A stretch of DNA of 64,000 nt from the NCBI GenBank assembly GCA_001244265.2, contig CDLV01000008.1, positions 2,108,001-2,172,000 on the forward strand, written 5' to 3'. How positions within the stretch are numbered: the first letter of the stretch is position 1; each line of letters begins with the position of its first letter. Of the stretch, positions 13,698-24,226 are shown one piece after another. The notes beneath the pieces are model-generated. The model was not told the origin of the DNA. It was given only the letters and a program-made list of their open reading frames with translations, and did not search any database. This DNA comes from Microbotryum violaceum (lineage: Eukaryota). The translations under genes and the position numbers were made by a program.

Positions 13698-13814
13698 TGC
13701 CATCAGAGAGGCTTGAACTCTCGACCTCCTGCTAAACTACTAATTACATAATCCCTAATGAAATAGGGGACTCGAATTACTAGGCAGGCGCAACTACCAC
13801 TGTGCTATGACGGC
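13698..13814 (-). tRNA. tRNA-Thr(AGT) with 44-nt intron (mirror copy)
   Basis: Exact reverse complement of 11797-11913. Confidence 0.93.
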
Positions 13815-13969
13815 GGTGGGGCGCCGGCTGGTTCCACTTTGGCAAATGCTTCCCGCTTTTTTTTTCTCTAATTTTCACACAAAAAAAATTCACACCCCAC
13901 TTCACTTCACTTCGAAATCGCCCTACCGCAGTCTTCGATACTCGAGTTAACAAGTGATACACCGACAAG

Positions 13970-16223
13970 ATGTCTACAGGAGACCCTGGGTCCCCACCGC
14001 TGGCACCGCCACCACCGGTGTCCGCCACCAGCGTCCAGCCACCTCGCGACCAGATCCCGATAAGCTCGAAGAAGACGCAAGCCACGGGCCCCGCCACCGC
14101 CGCACCCAACTATGCCGCCGCTGCGAGTCAGGCGACTCAGTCACCTGAACAACAGCAACAACAACAACAGCGTTCCAAGGCTCTGGGCAGCCTCCTACAA
14201 GCCATGGGTGCTGTACCCGGAAACCGCATGGATCGTTGGGTCCAGGCCATCTACTTCGCCGAACTCTACCCCGTCGCCACCGCCACATCGCTGAAATTCT
14301 CGGCCTTGAACGCGAACCGGTCTGTCGAGAACATCTTTGATTACGCCCTTGAAGTGACTCTGTCTCACCAGAGCGCCTCGCGAGCGTCTCATGCCGACAA
14401 GACCGATCTCGTGGCCTGCGTCACGAGGCTGTTATCGCCGATCTCTCCTATCTGCTTTGAGCCTGGAGTTCCTCTGCCGGACCACCTTGCAGCCTATCGA
14501 CCACAGATCCTAGGCGTACAACATTCATCAATCCTGCGTAATGGGGCGGCTCACCATCGCGTTACCGTTGGGTTCGTCACCGGCGAGGCACGTGACGCTG
14601 CGCTTACGACGCCCCCTGCTCTCACTTGGCGATCGGCGAAGGCCCGCTTCGCGAAATCTCACAGGTTCCACCATAACATGGTCGAGCTTCGAATCAACGT
14701 CGGTGTTCAAGGAGTGCCTTCCATGGATGCCATCATCAAATCGTTCCAATTACTAGTGCAGGACTTGTCAGGCAAGGGACATTCGTGCCAACTTGTGCAG
14801 GTTCTGCGCATTATCAGCGTGGACAACGCCTCGGCCTTTGCCCACGTTGCCGGAGACTACTCAGCTTTCCTACACTTCGATGACGACTCCCTGTTCAAAC
14901 GCCCTAACACGACCTTGAAAGAGATCCTACCTTCGAGAATCGGCCTTCCCACTCGAGGCATCCCCGTCACCGCCCTTCGCCATGACTATGAGAAGGAGGC
15001 GGCTTGCGGTAGGTGCCACTTCGTTGGTCACGTGGGAACCTGCGGACTGGATCAGGAGAGCAAGCGAAAGGAGGCTCACAACGGCAACGGCAACGGCAAC
15101 ACCAACGCCAACAAGAACACCATCACCAACGACACCAACATTGCGGAGGCCGAGGCCCCCATTCCTGTGCCGGTTGTTAACAGGATCGCATCACAGAATC
15201 GCTTCGCCGGGCTCGAGGTTGAGGAGGGACAGGAGGAAGCGGTAACTGGCCAGAGCGGACAGGGGCCAGAGGAATCGGGGGAGGAGGACGCTGGTGATAA
15301 GGCGGATGACGAGGACTCGGAGGACTCGGAGATGGAATCAGAGGCGACCGTGAAAACGGAGGCCATCATACTTAAGAGCGAGGACGAGTCGGTTTTAGAG
15401 GACTGCGGAGGATCCGATGGAGAGGTGATTGATGAGGATGAGGTGATGGCGGATGGAAGGGGCGAAACAGAAGGCAAGGTGGCGACGGAGATGGAGGAAA
15501 GGGAGGTGGCGACGGAGGTGGACGATGTGGACGAGGCAGGGGGAGCGACGAAAGCGGAGAACGCGGAAGCGACGGACTTAGGGGAGACGAACAGGCTGGA
15601 CAATGACGACGACAGCGACGCAACCGCAACCGCCGCCACCGCTTCCCGCGAATCGACACCCCACGAACCAACCCCACCTTTGTCACCCGAAACTCTTGCC
15701 AAGTCGCTTCGCGAGGGGAGGAGTGGGACAGGATCAGAGCTAACTGGGTTGAGCAGGCACGACTCGAGCGGGACCAAAGCATCGAGAGGAGGCTCGACGC
15801 TGAAACCCCTTTGGTGCGTCACAACTTTGCCACGTGGGATGAGGACGGTGAGATACGTTCCATCAATATCAGGGGGACCGCTTCGAAGTTCAAAAAGCCG
15901 GTAATGAAGAGGTCGCAGACTGCGGCGGACCTCAGTGACCCGAGTGACGAACCGACCGACGCCAAGCGAGTGATCATCAAAGGGAAGAGCCGCGTCGTTG
16001 TCAAGGATGGAACAGAGGGGCGGAGGGTGACGAGGTCGATGTCAGCGGCGGCGGCGATGCCGGTTGGCGTGACGAAAGTGGACCGAGGGAAAGCAAAGGG
16101 GGTAGCCGAGGAGAAAAGATGGTCCGACCACGAGCCGAGGACGATGTCCTGCCCGCCCTCCCCTCTTTGAGGACGTCACCACCGCCAAGAGCGCTTCGAC
16201 CTCAACTACCCATTAATGATTAA
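13970..16223 (+). CDS. LINE A ORF1 (homopolymer frameshifts near 15718 and 16137)
   Basis: Pro-rich start, [13 protein letters not shown] knuckle, acidic tract. The left-arm copy is open across these positions and ends ...PIND*. Confidence 0.87.
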
Positions 16224-19200
16224 GCACACCATCATCACCTGGAACGTGAGGAGGGGCATGGGGGTCCCGGAGAAACGACGTGACATTTACGACTACCTAT
16301 CCCTTTTCAAAGCATCGGCCATTCTCATACAAGAGCACTTCATCAGACCGCACCTCTGGCAACTCATCAAGGACGAGTACGAGGGCAAGCTCTTCATCAA
16401 CCAACATTGTCTGACTCTAATTCCGGCTGACTCCCCCCTGATCGACGCCGAGCTCTTGCGCACCCACTCGGCACTCGACGGCCGGCTCCTCGTCACGTCC
16501 TTTCGACTGCGGGGCGACATCAAAATTCTAGAAATCAACAACGTTTACGCGCCCGTTGACCCAAAGCAACGAGCGAAATTCTTTGACAAACTCTTATTTC
16601 ACAAAACACAGAAATCCCACCTCCGACTCCTTGGCGGTGATCTCAACGACTGCCCGCGCCCAGAAGTCGATCGGCGGAACCAAAGTCGGCGCGGCCACCA
16701 CTGGCCAATCCTGATCGGCAAGCTCGACTCGGCCTACACGGACTGCATCCGCTACAAACACCCCATCACCCCATCCTTCACTCGACCTAATCCCAATCGC
16801 AAGCGACCCAACTCCTTCTCCCGGCTTGACTACTTTCTCCTGCAACGGACACACCAAAAAAGACTCGATCAGGCCTCGACGATCTACGACTATCCCAAGG
16901 AGCTTTCCGATCACCGACCGGTCTTGATTGTGCTGGCTCTCTCAGACGATCCTGATGCGACCCTCCCACAGCTCAGCCTACCTACCACATCAAACCAACT
17001 ACATCGAATCAACACCACAACCTTTAAGACGGTGGAATTCCAGCGGATGATGGAAGGATGGTTGGAAGGGGCAAGCGGGGAGGAACCGGTGGGGAGCTCG
17101 AGGTCATTCTGAAGGCGTGCAGGGATAGGGGTGGGGAGATGGCGAGGAGGCTGCATCGGGAGCGGACGGAACGGATGGAGTATTTGGTGGGGAGGGTGCA
17201 GGATCTGGAGGCGATACCGGAATGGGGGGAGGCGGAAACGGCAGAATGGACAAGGACGTCCGAGGAACTCAAGCGGGCGGTCGAGGAGCGCGCGCGCCTA
17301 CTCCGGATCCGAGCCCACGTACCCGAGATCGCCTCCGAGGAACGACTGTCGCGGCCGGTCCACGCCAAGCTCGCGGCGCGGAACTCGGACTCCAAGATCA
17401 CAGCACTGCGCTTGAGCAACGGAGAGCTAACGCATGACATTGATGTCGCTCTTGACCACACGCAGGCGCATTTCCAGCGCCTCTACCGCATCGAGCCTCG
17501 TGACCCGGACCGCGTCGACCGACTTCGGGACGAATTCCTCGCGCCGATCAGGGCGGCGCGGACTTGCGACGACCCGCGCTCGGATCCTCTCTTTCTGCGC
17601 CGACTCTCGGAATCGCAGATCGACTTACTCCAGCGACCAATCACCGAGGACGAGGTCGTGGCCGCGATCGGGACGACGCACCCGGGGCGATCGCCGGGAC
17701 CGTCGGGCGTGCCCTACGAACTCTACCAGACCGCACCCAAGGCGTGGGCCAAGGTGCTGACCAAGGCCTACAACACGATGATAGAGCGAGGCTCACTCTC
17801 TCCCAAGCAGGGCCAAGGACTCGTGCGCCTCATCTTCAAGCGACACAAGAAGAATGCCGATCGCGCCGAACTTTCGTCGTACCGGCCGATCACCCTGCGC
17901 GAGTGCGCTTACAAGATCTTTACCAAGGTCTATGTCGCCCGCTTGAACCAGATTCTACCGGATCTCCTCCCGCCGCAGCAGCACGGATTCGTCAAGGACC
18001 GCCGATCGGCTGACGCTGCACTACACCTTCGTCTCCTGATCGAGGAAGTTGGCGCGCGCAGGACCGAGTTCCCCGCGGCCGCACTCTTATCTCTTGACCA
18101 ATCGTCCGCCTACGACCTCGTCGAGCATGACTGGATTTTTGCCATCTTTGACGCTCTGGGCGCTCCTGCCACCTTTCTTCGCGTGCTGAGGATGCTCTAC
18201 TCGGGTGACTCGACCTCGGCCCGCTACATCATCAATGGGTTCTTGACGGCGCCGGTACGACTGACGTGTGGGCTCGGCCAAGGGGACCCGGCGTCGTCGT
18301 CGGTCTGGGACATCGTGTTTCAGCCGTTTCTGGATGCTCTACACCGTCGAAACATCGCGCTGAATCTCTCCATACCTGCACTTCATCCGTACCCACAGAG
18401 CCGCGCCATTACATCGCTTGCTTTTGCCGATGACGTTGTCGTCGCCGTCGCGGGCTTGGGGTCACTCAACTTGCTCGATGACCTGGCGCTCGACTGGAGG
18501 CATGCAACGAATGGCCGGCTCAACACGGACAAGACGGTCGTCCTACCGATCGGACGCCGCTGGGACCCGGGGCAACGCCCGCTCGTCGTCAAGGCCGCAG
18601 GCGAGTCGCTCGAGTGGATCGGCCTCCCCTTCGACCCGAGCGGCGACACCGAACTCGCCTACGCGAATCTCATCGAACGCCTCGAGGCGACGCTGGAGGG
18701 GTTCAGCATCGCTGGCTCACACACCACACCCGTGCCTTTTACGTCAATCGGTACGCCATCCCCAAGATCCTGCACTTTCTTGCAGCCGACATCCCGCCGC
18801 CCGAAGTCGTCAAGAAGCTCGATGACATGCTCGTCGATTTCGTCCGTGGGGGCAAGGGCAGGACCAGCTACGGCAGAGATATCGTGTTCACAGCCAAGCT
18901 CAAGGGGGACTCGGGGTGATCAGGATGCAGGACGTCGTGGACGCGGTTGCGGCACGGATCTGGGACGTTCTTCTCGGCGGTTCGGGCGCGATCTGGCAAG
19001 GACTTGCGCGCGCGGCACTCCAGCGAGCTCAGTCCGACCTCGACCTGGCCACCGATCTCTGGCCACATCCATCCACTCCCATCCCCAGCGACCTCCATCC
19101 CCGATGGCGAGCAGCTTTGGGGGTTCCGAAACAGCAAGACGCGCAGGTCAACCCGAGGACCTTGACCACCGCGAACCTGCTCGCGCTTCCCACCTTGCTC

Positions 19201-20229
19201 GGCAGCCTCCACACCCCCATCAGAGGGAGACAGACCATCGACGCGGTTCATATACCTGACTACCTTCGTCTCCAGGGCTACCCGAAGGTGGCGGATCTTT
19301 ACCGGCGCGAGTTGTATGCGGGTGGGGGTTTCACCTTTGGACGCCGCCGGCGGATGTGCTCGGCGACAACAGCGAGTACGATCGACGCGGGCTCCCGCAG
19401 CGACTGGCAATCGCGGCCTGGTACCGGTTCACTGTCGATCGACACAAGAACACGCCCTTGGCGGTGGCGGTGGCGGCAGGACGGCTCAACGTGCCTCCCC
19501 GGATCGGCACCAGCGCACCACTCGAGGCGATTCTCCCCAAGCCCGTGGCCCGCTTCGCAATGGAGCAGCGCCTTCCGGACCCGGTGCTTCCACAGCAGGC
19601 GAGCCAGTACAAGCTGCTGAACATGGCTCGACCGTACACCATCCGTCGCATCCGCCGGGTCCTGAACGCGAAGGCCTTTACCAACACGCTCGGGCTCAAG
19701 GGACCACCGCAGCCGGACGACCTCAGGAGCTTTTGGAAGGCGGTCAACTCGAAGGCACTGACGGCGAGGGAGAGGGAAGTTTGGTTCAAGCTGATTCTCC
19801 GCTTCACCCCGACGCGCAAGCTGCAACACCAACAGAATCACGACACTTCTCCGCGTGCCTTGTCTGCGAAGCGCCGGTGGACGACACCGACCACTACTTT
19901 TTCGACTGCGTTGACTCTGGGAACGTTTGGATAGCGGCAAGGAGCGTGCTCTGCGACGCACTGGGGCTCGACACGATCGACAACACGCATTACACGGCTG
20001 TTCAACGCATGTTCGGACTTCCGAAGCTCAAGGCCAGTCTACGCGATCAAGAAGGAGCGGGGAGGACGATCGAAATATTCACCGGGCTGGTCTTGGAGAT
20101 GATCAGCAGCGGGAGGTGGGGGATGCAGAAGTGGGGACGAGGATGGAGGGTGTTGGGAGGAGGAGGATCATCTTGGAGGAGAGGTTGAAGCTGAGGGCGG
20201 GAGGAGCTTGGGGGAGGAGAGGGCAGTAG
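16216..20229 (+). CDS. LINE A ORF2: APE endonuclease, reverse transcriptase, C-terminal zinc finger (several single-base frameshifts)
   Basis: APE and RT motifs in successive ORFs 16216-17112, 17058-, 18614-, 18916-, 19356-, ending 20229. Confidence 0.92.
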
Positions 20230-20887
20230 AGGCTGGGTTCGACTTTCCCCCCACCACCACTACACACACACACACACCAAATTCTCGTGACATCATTTTC
20301 TCCTACTGTACACTAAATAGATCGCTTTCATCTTTCATTTGTTACAGGTTCATCGTTGCGGATCATGGACCATCTCGCGATTTGGCGTCGACTCGGTGTG
20401 GCTCGCGCTCTTCGGCTTCGGGGTTCTGAGTCAAGGGAGGGATCAGCGGACACAGGCAGAAAGTCGGCTTTGAGGGGCCAGGGACTGCCGATGGGGGAGG
20501 TTTTGAGGGACCTTCACCGCGTCTTGTTGTGACTGAGCAGAGACTTGGAGCGTCGAGGGTCGTGGTGGTTGCGCAGTCGTGCTCTTGTCTTCGTCTCGAC
20601 CGAGTGGGAAGTGGCTGTGGGGTGGGCCTTCTGTCGTTAGTACATTTCTTTTCTTTCTTTTTCTCTTCATCTCTCTTTCTCTCTCTCATTAGTCTCCGGG
20701 GGGGAGCAACCGCTTGGCTAGGGCATTTGAATCCGAATCTCGGATTGGTGGACTTGGCTCGTTTCTCGCACTTTTGCGGGCGGTTTGTGTTATCATCGTA
20801 GTCTTCCATCTAGTTTTTCCGTAGGCCAAAACAGGGGGAACAGGAACTGGGGGCAATATGATGAACGTTTTCTACAAAAAAAAAAAA

Positions 20888-22488
20888 TTCGCAAGCTTCG
20901 TCGGCTTGTGAACGTGGTTCGGTTCCCAGGGAGGGAGGATCGTGTCAAGCGTTTCCGTGATGGGACTTCTCAGAGCGATAGGAAACGCTTCTGGAGATGG
21001 CTTCATGACCGGTTTGCGTCTGCTGTGGAGCAGGACACCCACTGGCGGCTCATGTACGACGTGACGCCGACGCGCAAGAGGCAGCATACTCAGGGTCATG
21101 CCTCTTCGCCGACGTGTCTGTTCTGCGGCAACGATGCAGCGGTCATCGAGACGGTGTCGCACTACTTCTTCGAGTGCGCGTACTCGACCAGCTTCTGGGG
21201 TGGGGTGCTTCGCATTCTGTTCGACAAGCTGGGCATCGAGGATACCGACGTCGATCCGTCGACGTTCACTCCGGAGCAGCTGACTATGGGGCTCCCCCTT
21301 TTGCGGGTCGTGGGAGAACGACCTCGAAATGGATGTGGGTTCGGCTGGCTTGCGCGATCGGCTTCCAGCGGCTGCACCTGCTCCGCTGGCGCGTTCATCA
21401 GCGGTTCGAGCTGGACAAGGTCGTGGCCCCTCCCTCGCTCCCCAGTGCACTCAGAGCGTTCGAGCGAGATTTTCTCTCTCGAGCGGGTTTTGTGCCTGGG
21501 GCTCGAGATTGGGAGGTGTGATGACCGAGTTAAGTCCTTCCTTCCCATTTTCCTCCCCTCCTTTCCTCCCTTCTTTTTCGGAGGTCGACTCCTCTTTTAG
21601 AAGCTGACTGTCTTGGAACTTGTTGCGCAGTGGAAGGCTGCGCACCTCTCCCTCTCTCTCTCTACTTTGCGCAGTAGCGGTTTTTTGTTCTTGGATGGAT
21701 CGGCAAGCCAGGTCGATTGTCTTTGCGTTGAAGGCTTTGTGAAGTTTTTCCCTCTCCTTTCCCCCCTTTTTCCCTTCCCTTCCTCTTCTCGTTCCTGTTG
21801 CTCAATTGTTGACTACGCTTCAGCCACTTCTCCTTTTACTCCTAAGCCGTGTGTTGGATTCCGTTGAATGGTTCGTTCGTTCGCGTTGGTCAAGATCTAC
21901 GGCATGGCTCGGAAGGAAGGTCGCTCGTTTCTGGTCAATATCCTCCCGTCAACGCGAGGCTCGTTTCGTTGTACTGGATCGCTTTTCTCTCGGCCCCGAC
22001 GGCTCAACAGCCAGCACTCGAGATTCAGCCAAGGGAGGACATCAGGCGCTGTCGGGGTGACGAGTAGCTGGGGCTTGGCTGCGGCCTGTTAGTCCCTGGG
22101 GACCTCTACCTCCGGCTTCGACCCCCTACCTTGGCCCCTCGGGTGTGTTCCCCTCCTCTCTGTCTTAGTATTCCTGGTTCTCCGTATCCCCAGTCGTGAC
22201 TTTCCGTATACTCTCCCCCTTCTTTCTCTAGGCGCTCTTGCTTGGTTTTCGAGTATCTTCGCTCCCGCGCTTGGGACGTGAAGCGGCAGCAGTACTCACC
22301 GCCCGTTGGAGTCCGCGTTAGGTGCTCGGCGGGTTTTGATCTGCGCAGCGCTCTTTGCGCGCAGGGGTTTGACTTTCACCCAACTGCTTGCCGTCGTTGC
22401 TTTATAACCTCCTTTAGCTCTTTTTGTAGCGGTCCCAGCCAACCCGAAGGATTGCAATTTATGAGCCCCAGTCAAAAAAAAAAAAAAA
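20888..22488 (+). mobile_element. LINE B, 5'-truncated copy (1.6 kb)
   Basis: Starts at the equivalent of 27584 of the full B copy, directly after the A12 tail of LINE A; ends in A15. Confidence 0.93.
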
Positions 22489-22544
22489 TCGTGTACAGTC
22501 GCCTACCAACCGCTTCAAGAGCTACAGCACGACTACAAGAAGTG

Positions 22545-24226
22545 ATGCCGGATCCGCCCGGCCCACCCCCGCACCCGCCCAACGCTCCGTGGGCTGGTGA
22601 CGTGTTGAGAGATGAATCACTCAACACGGAAACCCGTGAGACGGTCACTGGAGGAACCGTTAATCCTCCAGCCTGGTCTGCCCAGGCTTCTCGGGCTCGA
22701 TTGGACCATGAGAAGTCGATGCAGAAGGCTTTCAAAGCCCTTGGCATCGTACCATCCTCCAAGTCGACCCGCCGGCTGATGGTACTGTTGTATGACCCTT
22801 CCAGCCCGCCTTCGCAGGCGCCGGCTCTCGCACGAGCTGCTCAAAGGGCGGTACGAAACAACGCGATGCCGGCCTCCAACGTGATCCGAGTCATCATGGA
22901 TGGTACTGGGTCCCCAAGAGGCCCTGTACAGATTGCGCTGCGTAAGCACTTTGGGCTGGCCGAGACGCCATTCATGTTCGCGCGGCCCGAGGGCGCCGAG
23001 CTTGACCCCGAGGTCGAGAAGCTCTTCTCGAAATGTGTGAAGCTGAACACGATCGTGACGAAGGCAACAAAGAGGTTCCCGATTGCTCGTCATATGTACG
23101 AGCTCGTGTTCGAATCCGACCAGGCCTGTCTCGAAGCCGCTGCAGCGGGTCCATTCCCCTATCACGGAAAAGAGATGGTCACCGAGCTCCCGAGTGTTTC
23201 CCCCCTAAACCACATCGTCCAGGTGCGATTCACCTTACCCTCCTCTTCCAGCGCGATTCCCGCTTCCGTGCTCCGAAAATCTCTCGAAGATGCTCTCACT
23301 TCCTCCTTTGGCCACGCTGGTTTCACGCAAGGGTATACCCTCATGCAATTACAGCGGGGCCTCGCGGTCGATCCGAACGGTGACCCGATGGCCATGACCG
23401 AAGACGGGTTCCACTGCGCGTACCTTCGCTTACATGCTGATCTTTTCCAAGGCTCCACCGAGACGCAGAAGGCTGCGCTCAACGCCGCCTTGCCACAAGA
23501 GATCGAGATCCTGGGCGCCAAGTACGGCTTGCGACACGAATTTGAGACGCACTACTGCGCCGTGTGCGATCGCGCTGGACACCAGTGGGGGCTTGCAGGA
23601 AGCCGGTTTCGACTCCGGCCACCGCCGCCCCTGTTCCGGGGGCCTCGACTTCGACTTCGACTTCGACCACCGGCTTCCGAGTTGCTGGAAAGAATGGGAA
23701 GCACGGTGGGCCCGCCGCATTGAACTCTCGTGCCTCTGGCACGAACATGATCCAGCTGGGACCTCGTGCTAACCCCGCAGGTGCAGCGACCGGCAACAAG
23801 GACGATGCGAACGACGGCGACAGTGACGACGACGACGACGACGGCGAATCGGTCGCTTCGACCGAACCGGAGGGCGGCGACACTGGGAAAGAGACGTTGA
23901 CCCGTGCGACCACGGGCCCAACAAAGGAGACGCAGACGACGACAGCGGCGCCCGTTTCGACCCCGACCTCTCCTTCGCCTTCTGCTTCTGCTCCGGCATC
24001 GCCTTTGTCCGGTGGCACGTCGGAATCATCGGCAACCTCGACGACCTCGATAGCCTCGACGAGTCCTCGACGCCTTCGTTCGAGCTCGGCACCCGGCAAC
24101 CGACGTGTCACCCGGGCGGAATCCGCCATGATCCTCGGTGCATCAGGGGGTGACGGCTCAGGGGGTCACAGGTCCGAGATGACCGAATTCGAGGGGGCGG
24201 CGCTGATCCAATTTATTCATGATTGA
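22545..24226 (+). CDS. LINE B ORF1 (frameshift in G run near 23590)
   Basis: MPDPPGPPP start, CAVCDRAGHQWGAC knuckle, ends ...FIHD*. Confidence 0.86.

Larger units (their letters stand above)
13889..20887 (+). mobile_element. LINE family A, full-length L1/Tx1-like non-LTR retrotransposon (5' boundary approximate)
   Basis: Two ORFs (zinc-knuckle ORF1; APE-RT-zinc finger ORF2), ~650 bp 3'UTR, A12 tail at 20876-20887. 5' end placed after the A8 run at 13881-13888. Confidence 0.93.

Noticed and set aside
21521-22473. Self-cleaving ribozyme or tRNA-derived SINE in the LINE 3'UTRs
   Set aside because: No hammerhead core or HDV fold recognisable by eye. The A-box-like GCGCAGTGGAAG near 21625 lacks a proper B box and cloverleaf. 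An Infernal search would be needed.
22242-22544. N-terminal extension of LINE B ORF1 reading through the upstream 3'UTR and poly(A)
   Set aside because: It starts at a non-ATG codon and depends on the A-tail length; a chance in-frame junction.
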